DNA of 64,000 bases from Blasia pusilla (Eukaryota). Shown here in pieces: positions 1 through 13,312 of this stretch (position 1 is the first letter of the stretch; the number at the start of each line of letters is the position of its first letter). The stretch covers positions 4,216,001 to 4,280,000 of the forward strand of contig CM114271.1 in assembly GCA_050084515.1 (NCBI GenBank), in the 5' to 3' direction. The notes under the pieces are model-generated. The model had not been told where the DNA came from. It saw nothing but the letters and a program-made list of their open reading frames with translations, and did not search any database. A program made the position numbers and the translations under genes.

Positions 1-236
1 TTCCAATTATCGTCGTGCTTCGAGGCGATGGACTGATTGCTGAGATTGTGAGATGTCGAATGCAACCTTTCACTTCCAGTTTAATTGCTTCGAATGGAAG
101 AGAAGGGCTGCGAGCTCAATTGCTTATCAGAATGGACAAGAAAGTTTAAACATTACTCCTATCTGAACCGAGTAGTGTACTCTTCCCGAGCGAGGGATTC
201 CACCAGTGATTAAATTATTGTTGATACGGAATGCAG

Positions 237-3200
237 GAGATGCACAATTGGGACCCAAGGTTACTCCCTTGGATCCCTCGACAGTGGGCAGCGACGTCGT
301 GTATGGTATTCAGAGTGGTGTGTATAAGTCAACAGCAATCGGCACTTCGTCCGTCTACAGTCAAATCTATCCCTTTCAGGGTCTACTAAACTACACCTCA
401 GGGATCATCCATCATGTTCGCTTGACTGGTACGCACATGTCCACAGAGCGTAGAACTCTCAGATCATTCTCCTGTGACACTTTAATCGTCCAGAGCTTTT
501 CATGGACACCGTGACTTAAGGGTTTGTCTGCTCATGGGTTTGCTCTGTGGTTTTGGAGATCTTTGTCCAGTCTATACGTACACTTTCTCCTTTGGCTATG
601 TTGAAGTAGGTGGGGCCTTGGAGCGTCTAGTGTGTTCACTGTTCCACCGTTTGTGGCACAAGTTGATTTCGACATATGGGTCTACAGAAGTCAAGGATCT
701 AATGGACTTTATCTTCCTACTTCTCAAAATGTGGTATTTGATCATGTTGCAAGTCGCAAAGACACTCAAGTCCCCCAAGAGATAGTAATGGGTGACGAGA
801 ATCAGTTCAGATGATAAATCAAGTGCTTGTGAACAGTTTAGAGCTTTCTGGTTTAGAATGCCCATCGTGCTTAAGTGAGATCGGTGCAGGACTATCACAT
901 CGAACTGTGGCGAATCGGTCATATTTCCTAGTTTGCTTAGCCTCTCATTCGTCTCAGAGTTGTAGCTGTGGTATGATATTTGATGCTGACGATTGTTTTC
1001 TGACTTCCATTTGTTTGTTCAGGTCTTCTTCCAAGCACAGTATATTACTTTGTGTGCGGAGATAGTTCATTAGGAATCATGAGCGAAGAGGGCTCCTTCC
1101 AAACCCTTCCCCTGCCCAGTCCAGTAAGCTACCCTGCCAGAATTGCTGTGGTGGGAGACCTGGGCTTGACTTACAATTCTAGTTCAACTCTGGACCACGT
1201 AATCCAGAACGATCCATCTATGCTTTTGATGATCGGAGACCTGAGCTACGCCAATCAGTACCTCACCGATGGCACTGGAGCAGCGTCGTGCTATAGCTGC
1301 TCTTTTCCCGACAGTCCTACACGAGAAACCTTCCAGCCTCACTGGGACAATTGGCAGAGGTACGTTTCCATTCAAATGTTGGATTGTTTGAGTTGGAAAA
1401 TTCTCGTTTGCTGTGAACACCTTCTGCCATAACAGTTTTACCAGATTGTCACTCTAGATGGACTTTCAATACCGTGGTTGGTTTGTTTTAGTCGTAAGAG
1501 AACTGAGAAACTCTTGTTTGATATCAATATTAATACTGCTTGCCATAGCCTTTCGACCAGAGTGCCACTCTGGATAGGCTGTCATTTGCTATCGATATTA
1601 TTATTGCTTGCCACAGCCTTCTGACCAGAGTGCCACGCTGGATAGTCTGTCAATTTAATATGATCGGTAGAGGAGGGCATTTCAGGTAAATGCGCGTGAT
1701 TAGAAGTTGGACCGGCCTGTAGTATTTCAAGTCGAATTGTCAGACTTTCATTCAGGGGAATGGTGAGATGAGTTTGTTGACTTGCCAAGATGTTGGGTTG
1801 GCAGGTTCATGGATCCACTGATATCCAAGATACCGATGATGGTGATAGAAGGAAATCATGAAATTGAGCCTCAAGCTAATGGGGTGACTTTTGAAGCTTA
1901 CAAGACACGATTCGCCGTTCCATTGGAAGAGAGTGGATCTGGAACCAGTCTTTATTATTCCTTTGATGCCGGCGGCATCCACTTCATCATGCTTGGAGGC
2001 TACGTGGATTTCAATGAAAATGGTGAGTTCCCTGATTCTAGGAAGACTTTTGGCGATAACCTGTAACTGTTATATTGTCGTCTTAAAGGGGCTTGAACAG
2101 TAGGTTTAGGCGAAGGTAGTCTGTAGCAGGTTTTGCAGGCCAAACCTCACAACTTGAGGAGTATGTTAAGCATCCAGACTCTGGAAATGAGTTATGATAC
2201 ATCGACGTAAGGTCCTAATGTATTGGACTTTTCGAATCAACAGGGGCACAGTATAACTGGCTGTTGAAGGATTTGAAGAAGGTGAACAGGGACGTTACAC
2301 CATGGCTAATTGCTACCTGGCATCCCCCATGGTATAATTCGTACAGCTCACACTACAAGGAAGTAGAGTGTATGCGTCTGCAATTGGAAGAGCTTCTGTA
2401 CAGCTTTAAGGTGGATCTCGTCTTCAGTGGTCATGTAAGCGGCTCTTACGTTCACTCCCCAATCGTCACCCTCAGAGAATGTCTTCATGTTTTGTCACCT
2501 TTTGCCCAATTATAGATGGTTGGTGGTTGGCAAATGGTGTAGAAACCTGTCAAAGATGTTGGAGTCAGTCCTCTGTAGACCTGGTATGTTCTGAGTCAAT
2601 CTTCAAATTGATCTTGTACGGTGGTGTTTTCTTCAACATGGTCCGTTTTAAGAGTTCTGTAGTTCCGCTGTGTAGGGACTTCAGATGTTTTGATTGAGAT
2701 CTCACACTCAAGCACCTCAGACATTGTCTTGCCAAGATGTTGGTGATGCATGTCTCTGTTTGAGCTCCTGGTTTATGGTTCGCAAAGAGTGAGGCCTTTA
2801 CTTGTGGACATGTCCATTGACTGCCAAGATGTGTGGCACTGAACTGAGTGTGTTGGGTGGACTCTCAGGTCCATGCATATGAGCGTATGAATCGAGTGTA
2901 CAACTACTCCCTAAATCACTGTGCACCAGTTTACATAACAGTAGGCGACGGTGGAAACATTGAGAAGGCTAATATACAACATGCAGATGATCCTGATCAC
3001 TGTCCCACTGAACCAAATGCTCCTGAGTTTGGAGGAGTTTGTGCTGAGAATTTTACAAGTGGACCTGCTGCAGGCAATTTTTGCTGGGATGTGCAGCCAG
3101 AGTGGAGCGCATTTCGTGAAAGCAGTTTTGGGCATGGGATTTTAGAGGTATGGTCACCTCCTCCACCTTGAATCACAAGATATGTACCCACCACTGCCAT

Positions 3201-3653
3201 AACTGGATCCAATCTCGAGGTTCACAGAACTGCAAGAATTGATTTCAAACACGATATTTACTTTTGAGGAAGTGATGAGATCCAGTGCTACACACAGCTT
3301 TAATGGGAGCTTCATTGCATGACACTCAAGCGAATCCTCTCTGCGGTCACTGTTCAACACTATACTCAAGGCTCATTATCGAGTCTCAATATCCAATCTA
3401 ACCAGTAGTACTTACTATCTTTGAAGACTTTCCAATTGTGGTGGCTACTTCATATCAAATGATGTCGTGTTCTTGTACACATTTGCAGGTTTTGAACTCA
3501 ACTCATGCCCTCTGGACATGGCATCGCAATCAGGATACATATGGAAGTGATATGGTGGGTGATCAAATCTACATTGTACGACAGCCGGGTCTATGCAGTC
3601 TTTCAAGGCCACGAACACAAAGAAGAAATGGACTGAAGTTTCTGTACCGTTGA
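237..3653 (+). CDS. Purple acid phosphatase (PAP15/PAP23 phytase-like clade), 5'-truncated by the window edge; exons ~237-428, 1023-1359, 1805-2022, 2244-2434, 2869-3147, 3489-3653
   Basis: All five PAP metal-binding motifs appear in order across exons: GDLG, GDLSY, GNHE, HPPWY, GH|VH. Also SGIIHHVRL and WSAFRESSFGHG. GT-AG boundaries read from the sequence join these exons in frame; stop TGA at 3651-3653. Confidence 0.95.
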
Positions 3654-4617
3654 AACATCCTCCAACTTCAGGAAATGGGGAATTTCTTGTGTATCTTACA
3701 AATGGCTTGGGAATCTAACTACCGACTCGATGGCCCTTATCAAAACTGCTGATGAACCTGTTGAAGTGATCAGTCAATCAAAACCTCTTTCTGAGATCAA
3801 AGAGAACTGAACTCACACCTACTTGGCCTCTGAGTCTCGAGTGCTTCATCTGCTTGGAGTTCCCCCAACTAGAAACTTCAAGCAGATGAGTTGTGGCAGG
3901 TTCAAAAAAGCTCCATTCTAAACGAAGTAGAGACTCATGAATCCTTCCTCGGAGAGATCAAGCATGGAATTGGATCGTATTGGTCTTCACAAGTGCATCA
4001 TCTAGGTACATGGATGGTTTTCGGTGGTTGAAAATAGCAGTGTCTTAGAGTCTGCAGATTGATGGAGAGAGAAATGAATGAAACATCGGCATAAACCTTC
4101 GCTTTTCCCATAATCCACCATATCCATATGTATACCTATTTATCTACCTATCGAGAATGAATTCTCATTGTAACAAGAAAACCCATCTTTTTCTCATTTA
4201 ATCGACACTTCCATGCCCATCCTAGATCATCCTATCTTGCTTCAATGAAAGACCTATCTATATGATTACAAGATGTGATTTATAAGGAGTGCTACACCCA
4301 TTCAGGTAAAATTGTGATTGTTGAAATAGCGAAAGACATTCAACATCCGAAGGGGATGTACAAACTTAGAGAGTTTATTACATATGATCAAGCCTTGTCC
4401 TAGAGGACATGAGAGGCTAGGCCACAGTAATCTCATGTTCTCTTGCCGGAGTTACTGGGGCCGCATCACTAGTTCTTGGATTGAATTGATGTGTGCTAAT
4501 TCACCTCACTCTTGAGGTGATGTTTGTACACACTTCCATTTTCAAATGTTGGACTATCTTATACCCATAGTTCACCACGAACATATGATGTTTCTACACT
4601 CTAATTATGGCCCCTTT

Positions 4618-4661
<44 letters not shown>

Positions 4662-4727
4662 CAAGCACCGTCCAACCAGGGCGTGGGGTCTATGGTCGCA
4701 AGGCTACGACAGGCACTACTTAATGAG

Positions 4728-4768
<41 letters not shown>

Positions 4769-5181
4769 GAGTAGAGAGAGAGAGATTGACACTTGGAAGC
4801 TCCGCACAAACACGTTGTTTGGTCAGCACTCACACTATATGAGAGTGTCTCCCTCCTCTCATATGGTACCTTCTTCACTTGCTTCTCTCTCTACACCCAT
4901 CCCAGTCTCAAGCACAATCCAACCAGGGCGCGGGGTCTATGGTCGCAAGGCTACGACAGGCACTACTTAATGAGTACAGTCTCTCTCTCTCTCGTCCAAG
5001 CACCGTCCAACCAGGGCACGGGGTCTATGGTCGCAAGGCTACGACATGCACTACTTAATGAGTACACACTCTCTCTTTCTCTCTCCCGAGTCTCAAGCAC
5101 CGTCCAACCCAGGGCGCAGGGTCTATGGTCGCAAGGCTACGACAAGCACTACTTAATGAGTGCACTCTCTCTCTCTCTCTC
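4618..5181. repeat. Minisatellite: four ~70-bp units, each followed by a (CT)n tract
   Basis: Core CAAGCACCGTCCAACCAGGGCGCGGGGTCTATGGTCGCAAGGCTACGACAGGCACTACTTAATGAGTAC starts at ~4662, 4909, 4997 and 5094, with CT microsatellite between units. Confidence 0.9.
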
Positions 5182-6783
5182 TGCCCATCCACGATGATTC
5201 CACTCACGATTCTACATTGGCAGAGTATGTTGGAAGACTTTTCGTACTAGAATAAGGCTAGTGTTCTTCCACTTCTCGCCAAATTACTAATTTTCCTTAC
5301 AAAAATTAACTTCCTAATGAAGTGTAACGAGAATGAATCTCCTACAACATCTGGTTAAGAATCTTATGAGGCTACTAATTAAAACAAATAGAGAATTGAT
5401 GTTGAAAGATGGAAAAAAAACGGAGAATCATCTTGACAATTTACAATGGGGTGAACGATGAACGAAAATATGATTGCTCGATTATATAATATTCGAGGGA
5501 ATAAAATAAAACCACCCCTTCTCCAAACCTCATTCCAACAAATAAAGGATATTACCATAAAGGGGTCGGCGTGTGTGGGTTTTAATCCATAATAATAGTA
5601 AGTGATTATTTATGGGTTCTAATCATTTTCATCCATTAAGAGCGAAACGTACTCTTGTAGACCGTCGTACTTAAGAAAATCATGCAGCCCAACTCCGAGA
5701 TAATTATTAGAGATGATTAGGTAGGCTCCCATCACTAAGTTTGCACCTTCGAGCTTAATTAGAAATAAATGAGCTCATTTGTTCCGTTTCAACGACACTT
5801 TGACCGACAACAAAGGAAAGCAGTAACATTACTTATATCTAATCTAATAAATAGAATAATGAATAAATGAGAACGAAAATTAAAGAGATGTGCATTAAGA
5901 GATTCTAAATTTAATTTTTTGGAAGAAGGGAACTGAACAAGCTCTTGAAAACGAAAAGATGCACTTCGATACAAAAGCAAACTCTTGAAAAGGGAAGAAG
6001 TAAACTCGAAGTTAGTAAAAGTCACTGGCGCTTCTTTAAACGAAAAAAAAAGGGGAAATTTTTCCATTGGGCAGATCCTGCAACGGGATATAAATGTCAA
6101 ATAAATACATATTATGAGCATCCAATTAATCATTTTTTATTTAATCGTATTTTCAAGTGTCCACTGAATGAAAAATATGTTAGTATGTGATAAAGTTATT
6201 GTGTGTCAAATTTTGGTTGGAATGTTGTTGGGAAACTTGTATCCAACCAAATCCCATGCTAGAATTCTCTCAAGATCCATATGTCTTTCCTTCATGGGGA
6301 AACTTTGTATGTAATTGCATTTGTACATTACACTTTCAAAACTGTTTCTAATTATTTTGAAGTTTTTGGAATTTACAAATAAGTCATTTAATTTATCTTA
6401 TTATTGGAGAGTGACGTTTTTATTTGCTTGGGCAGCAAGAAAATATTTCCCATATTATGGGCAGTAAGAAAAAAATTTGATTTTTGCAGTTCGGGGCGGG
6501 CCACGAGCCCGTCGAATGGGGGCCAATCCAGCCTTGCGCGGCTGCTACGGGCCCCACAACGGGTGCGGGCTATGTCAGCCCGAGTCGACGCGACGGGCTC
6601 AGATGCAGGCCGGGCATGTCCGTGGATTTGTCCGTTTTCGTGCAACCTTGATGATTAGTCCCTTCACTCCCGAGCATGGCATCTCACACTAAATCCACAA
6701 GATATTCCTACATATGCTTACTTGGAAAGTAGTAATCTAGGTGAAAATGAAACTCACAAAGTTGCAGGGTAAGAAATGGTAAA

Positions 6784-7049
6784 TCTATACTATTAAGAGA
6801 GGATGGGTTTACAAAGTACTTATCTATGGTGTTGACACCTGTCTTTTAAGCACTTCTCTCCTATTGACACATGTATTTTTAAAAGAGGGAGTCAAGTTAA
6901 AAGCTAATATAAGAGTACACTTAAGGGAAGGAAGGGAGGGATGGGCCACGAGAGAGGAGGACAAAAGGGCATATTCATGAGACTATACACGATTTTTTTT
7001 CATAAAATTTTCATGTATAGTCTCGTGCATTGCACGGGCAACTCACTAG
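6784..7049 (+). mobile_element. Non-autonomous Helitron
   Basis: 5' end TCTATACTA follows an A; subterminal hairpin CGTGCATTGCACG; 3' CTAG (7046-7049) is followed by T. Confidence 0.7.
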
Positions 7050-10000
7050 TGCGCTAATAATACCCAATCCTACCCATCCTTCACCACTCTTGGATGCGGC
7101 ATTATCTCTTGTTCAACAACCGAAACAACACATTTAAAACCATCCCAATGATTGCAAGTACTTATTAACTGGTGAAAGTGCATAAACATTAAGTTCAAGT
7201 ACCCAAATCTAGACAATTCCTTGCTCAACGAAGATACTCTATCATGTTCGTATCTCGCTATCAACATCATTTATCACACTTGTCTTAAGTACAAGAACTA
7301 ACATTTCTAGTGCCAAATGCTAGAAGAAAACCTAGTTGGTTTTGAAGGGAATAGAACAAATACTTAGAGTGGAAGAATGCTTAACTATCACACCCATTCC
7401 TATGCCAACCCTCTCCCGCAACACTTCCCCCACCGCCCACCTTCAGTCACCATTAAGCAAGCGTCTTTGAAAAAAAGGGAAAAACTTCTTCATATCTTAC
7501 AAACCAAACTTAGTTTAGAATGATAAAAGGAATGAAAAGTGAGGGATAGTAGCAAGGGAAAGGGTGATTTATTGGGACATTTAGTATGTTTGCAAGTCCT
7601 TTTTCCAACTATTTTTGTGAGTTTTTGAAGAATATAAGACTTCGAGATCCATACTTTCAAATCACTTATAAGAAAATCTTAAGTCACTCAGTACTTTATG
7701 AGTCTTTCTGTTTTTTCCTTTTTAGTTATTTACAAGTCCATGTACTTCTTCTTCAAAAGTTTTCGCTTCCTAGTAGCAAAGTAGTGGGAAACGTTTCTCA
7801 AAGCTAGTTGCAAATGAAATAGTGTTCCTCCTTTACACTGTAAATGACCTCAGATTCCATGCATTGAATTTCACACTCACATGAGGGTAAGAAAAAGGTT
7901 TTTACTCCAGGTAAGTGGGGTGATATGTGTAGTAACTTTTCAGAATTACTTGTAAGAAGTAGGGTGGGTTCTCCTCAAAATACACTCATTCTTCTCTCAA
8001 AACTGTCATTGTAATTGATTTCACCATGTTGTCATCATGACTACATTCAACAAGAAAGTTTCTAAATCATTCTTGGGCTTTAGGAAAAGACAATAACTTT
8101 TTTTTCTAAAATGAATGGAAAAGAATATATATATATATCCCATCCTTGTAATCATGTTACTTTCTAAGACTTTCATACGTCAGGAGAAAATGAAAAAGAA
8201 AAAAATAAATTTCAATATAACATAGAAAGCAGTTCACTCTTCTACTTTTTTCACATGCGGGAAAATGAAAAGAAACCCCATATCCCCATATTTTATTAAG
8301 GTGGAAAATAAAAGTCAATCTCCTCTTGCACCACCAACCAAAGCTATCTAAGAGCAAATTAGGATACGAGCTAGGGTTTAAATCTATCCATAGCCCTTCA
8401 CCGAAACGAACTCCCTATTTGTAAACCACCCACTCCACTCTAAGACTCCATTCCATCAACACACTTTACTCTACGTGAGAATTAGATAAATGGTTGGTCA
8501 TAATTTCGCTGGACTATGCTGGAAAATGGGACCACCATAGAGAATTAATAAAAGTAATGGGGAGTTTAGTATGGAGAAAGTGTTGTTAATGGGTTCTTGC
8601 TGAATTAAGTGACAAGATTTGCTCCCATACGTGTACCTAGAAGATATTTTAAGGTAATATTTTAGTATTCCTCAAGACTATTAGCTTTTAGGGTGATTTC
8701 TAAATTTTCCTCGTCCTCTAACCTCGTCAACGGAGAAATCCCGAGTGATGGATGGGACGGATGTAAAAGTGGGGACGGGAAATTTGGAAAACTTGGAAAA
8801 CATGTTTGCACTGAAAAAATTGAGCAGAGGAAACATGATCACCAATTGTGCCTGAATCGTAATCTCTGATTCGGGTTTCCAAAAATCATGGAGAGGGTTG
8901 GAGGAGGACACACAAACCTACTGAACCCTAAACCCAACAATCAACCTCCAGCGATGTGCGCGAACAGGTACCCTACCCAGTTTGCCCAACTGGAAGCTCA
9001 TGGAGCCCTTGAAGAGACCTGCACAGGACGCTCCCCATTACAACAGCCTCTAAGCCACGAGGTTTAGAGGCTTATATGGATGGGCTTCTCCTAATTGTTG
9101 CGCTCTCCTCGTCTCCGTCTTCGCCTTCGTCTGTTTTGCGAACCTCGAAATTAAAAATATTCGCAAGGTCAAAGAACTCGAGAAACGGAGTTGAAATGGG
9201 ACAGAGGTCGCTAGATGGAGGTACAGAGGGCGGCAGAGTACTCCACTCCAATAGGGAGCACGGCCCTTACTTACTTTCCCGAGGTTCTTCGTTGTCCGCT
9301 TTGGAAGCGTCGTGTGCCAGATCCACGTATCCGGATTCCGGACCCCAATTTCCTGCGCGTGATTTCATCCGCAGCTCTAGAGTCTAGACCGGTCAGGCTT
9401 CTCTCCCGCGATCTAGGAGCTGCTGAGTGCTGGCTGGCGTATTAGATGGACTCTTTGAACAAATAAAGTAATGGTATTCTATGCTGCGCCATGCTATGCT
9501 ATGCTTTTCTATTCTATTCTATTCTAACTAATAAAAAAATCAATGACATATTCAACTCTCCTGACAGGTTATTACTTATGCCCACACCGCCAAGATCAAA
9601 GGAACCGCGAGAGCAAAGGAAAGGAGGGGGAGGGGGAGGGAGAGGGAGAGGGAGAGGGGAGGAAGGAATTATCAGGTTTACATTCCCCAACCGGAGGAGT
9701 TGGTTCCGACTTCCAATCCGGCAGCTGACAACACCACGCCATGTTCGTGTTCTGGAGATTAGTAGTAGTCCTCCGTCGGTAGGTTGGAGTGTGTGGGTGG
9801 GGATGGAGATCGACGGGACGCAAGAGCTGCTGCTAAGGGGTCCAAAGTTCCAAACGAGAGGGGGACGAGATGAGTAGGTGAAAGTCTCGGAGTTGACTTC
9901 CAGTCTCTCCTAGAATATCAGGTGAAGGTATGACCACCTTAATTTTGCCTGGGAACCTGGTGACCGAATGAGGACTGTCAGGTCGACTGGGTGTGTGACC

Positions 10001-13000
10001 GAGTTGGTCCTGAATTTCCCTACTCTTTCTCGTCCTTTTTCTGGACGGGCACTCACCAAACAAAACAAAAAGGCCATGGGCATGGGGGATGCAATCCTGA
10101 AATCGATTTGAAAGGTGGGCCCAGGTATGGTGGCAGCGGTGGCTAGCGACAGTTGGAAGCGGTGGCCCTATGAGAAAGGTGCTGCCATTTCCTCCGGATA
10201 TGAATGCCCATGCAGGACCACTTTGGACAACTTTGGAAGGCGGACATGAGAAGGAAGTGGCAAATCTTAGGAGTACATTCCCATTCCAGTACTATAAAGG
10301 GCAGGGTACGGTTGCAGGACTGTGCTGGAGCTGGAGGAGAGTGAATGAGAGAGCTTAATGCGAGATGATGGATGATGGGCTGTACTACAAAGTCATACCC
10401 AAGATCAACAAGATCAAAGAATTCTCTGACAGGCGGCAGTCTGGGGGCTACATTAGGTCACTGCCTAAGCAGAGAATGAGGAAGACGTGAATGAAAGTGA
10501 AGGAAGGAGTCAGTCAGAGAAAGAGAAGGAGGAGGAAGACAAAACGATGGGTTGGACAGAGGATCGAAGCCTTTCTTTTTCACTAGCAGGCAGAAGGGAG
10601 TTACGCGAGAGGTACAGTAGCTGAAAGCGGAGGAATAGGATGGGGAGAGAGGGGTGGGAGGAGCTGAAATTACAACAACAATAACAACAGACAAGGAGTG
10701 GGTACAAAGAAGGGGGAAGTAAGTAGAGTGAGGGAGCACGACAAGAGAGAGTGAGTGGGCCAGGAATGAAGTTTCCCCAAACAGTGAAGCTCACCGGCAG
10801 CGGGAAGTACAAGAGCTGTGTAATCGAGAGCTACTCCCAGAGGAGAAGTAAAGTTGATGTAATCAGAGGGGGGAGTAAGTGCAATCACATGCCAGTAAGG
10901 CAGTGTAACCAGATTTGATCCCAGGATTTGTTGGGCGGTACTAGAGAGCTTTAAATGCTTGGAACGCTCTGTACTGGAATCCGAACCCTGCTAGCCGAGC
11001 TGAGAGCAGATATTAAAAAAAAGGGTGAGCTCCCTTCCCATACCGCAGGTGATGTCTCCCGTTCCCTATCACGGAAGGCACACCGAAGCGGAGCTGATTC
11101 TTCTTCTAACCCAAGATCATAGATACATATCGCACGTGAAAAAGCGCACCGACCTAATTTCGTGGAGTCCTTGGGAACAAGAGGTGGGATCCCCCGTAAC
11201 CATTAGGTGGCGGGTGACCGAAAGAAGGGTACGGTTCTGGGCGTATACTCTCCCTGCTGCGTGTTCCTTCTCGTGCTTCCTTCCGCTGTAGTCGTAGTAG
11301 TAGCTGCAGCAGGGATCGCCCTTTATTGTCCTCATTCTACTGCACAAACAAACCATGAAGAAAGAGGACAACCTAGTAAGGAAATGTACAGTTGGTGAGG
11401 TCGTAAGCCCGAGCGGCCAGTTCCCACCTCCGTCCTTCCCGTGCCCTATGGCTGGCGGGTACCCTCGGAAGTCGGAAGCCTAAGGAATTTTTACGCGGGG
11501 TGTTTCGGGAGCCCGGTTACCCGATCTGTGCCCCGTCGCAGCACAGCTGTCTCTGGAGCATTGGGCGCTTTAAGCGCATGCGAACGACTGATTCTAACGT
11601 CAACTGTTTGGAACTATTTGATGAAAAAGGTGACGCGCAGAGGCATGCGGTGCTCGTACACTGACTGCTTCCCTGCCGAGTGCCAACGGATGACTCCAGA
11701 TGCCACCACGCGAAGCATTTCACGTTATCTGTTTGCGATTTTCCCATCAGCTTCGATTCGCGCTCGGCCCGGAACTGCGATGGCAGCGCCAGTCATGATC
11801 GTCTTTCTCCACCCTCGCATCCCTCGATGGACGCGGCAGCAGCCCTGCCCCGAGTGCTACCGTTCCGATTCGAGCACACAGCGAACGGCGACCTAACCGC
11901 GCGCCCCATCGAGGCCGTGGTTACAATCACGTCCGCCCAGGCCACGGATGTCAATTCGTCGGTCAGAACTCGGGAGGGAGAGGGGACGTACGATAGATAA
12001 CAGGATGCGTGCTTGGCTTCCAAGGATTTTCTCGAGCAGCAAGCAAGGATGAATTAAGTGCAGGGGCGTTTACAGCGAGGAGTTTTGACTCGCTGTTCTC
12101 GTGAGCTATTTTTATTTTCGGATCCGAGTGTAGAAATTCCACCGCTCAACGCGCTACGCGTTTCTCAATCTGAAGGGTAGAGGAGCATCGGACGACGTAT
12201 TCACTGTCGTAGAAACTTCGTCTATCGTCAGTGCAGTGCTACTCATGGTACTCGAACTTTATGAGAGAGCGTTCTCGAAAGGCACAACATGCCTAAAGAT
12301 CTGCAGAGCCGCCATCTAAATATCTACTGCCTGGAGAATTAATGAGGCTTGGCTCACGGCAATTAATGGGAGTGCTTAAACTGGCAACTGCGTTAGGAAA
12401 CGGCTCTGAGTGACACCGCTCTGGAAGGGGTTCGTGGTTGCAGGAAAACAACCCCCACTTGGCAATTACGTCACCAGCCATGTTCTCCGCTTTCGGCCCG
12501 AGCGATACACGGACTATCCACGTCCGGTCCACGATGGAAGGAAGTGGACCTGCTACATTGCGAGGCTGTTGAAAGTGCAGAGAAGCGTTAGCATCGAACT
12601 ACCGCAGTTTTCTTCGAGAATTGCTCGTCGGACGGACCTCGGAGCGTACCTGGTTCATCGGCACAGAGATGTGGGTACTGCACGGGGTTTACAAGCCTTA
12701 GTGGTAATGGTGCGCCCGATTTTACCGTGCTGTTAGATCGACTCCGTACGCAACCGACACAATACACATATCGTGGTTGCGCGGTCGCCGGTTCACATGA
12801 GAGCTAGCACGACACAAGGTAAAGAAACGATGAACTTTCATTGCACTGTTTCGACATTGTAATCATTTCACGGAATCCATCCGAAATACCGAAATTGCAA
12901 GATACAAGCGTTCTACGTCTACAACTTTAACCTACTGCTCACACGGATGGAATGCGGTGGGATGAAGGAAGTCATCCCTTCTATTTATGTTACACCCACT

Positions 13001-13312
13001 CCCGACCTCAAGAGGCTTTTTGGGAAAGCCGTACTATGACAAGCTATACAAATTTACATTGACTTGACTTTCGCCCTTTCCCCTCGCCGTATCGTAGGAT
13101 AGCTGAAACTACTATGAATGGTTTATGTGTTGGGTTTCACATGCTACGGTCCAAAATGCTTCTCTCTTCGCGTCGACAGGCTAATTCCAAGCTCATTTCG
13201 CACTCCCGTGTGCCTTTCTTCGTCAGCCGGTGGTACTAAGTCGAGATCAGGAGCCACATCACAAGGAAGCCCACAAGGAACCCCAAAAGAGAGTAAAATG
13301 TTCTACGGCGTT

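Noticed and set aside
4662-5181. CRISPR array
   Set aside because: Units are ~70 bp, the spacers are CT microsatellite, no cas genes are present, and the context is eukaryotic.
11027-11045. miR159/319-like GAGCTCCCTTC
   Set aside because: Only a short match, with no complementary arm or mature sequence found nearby.
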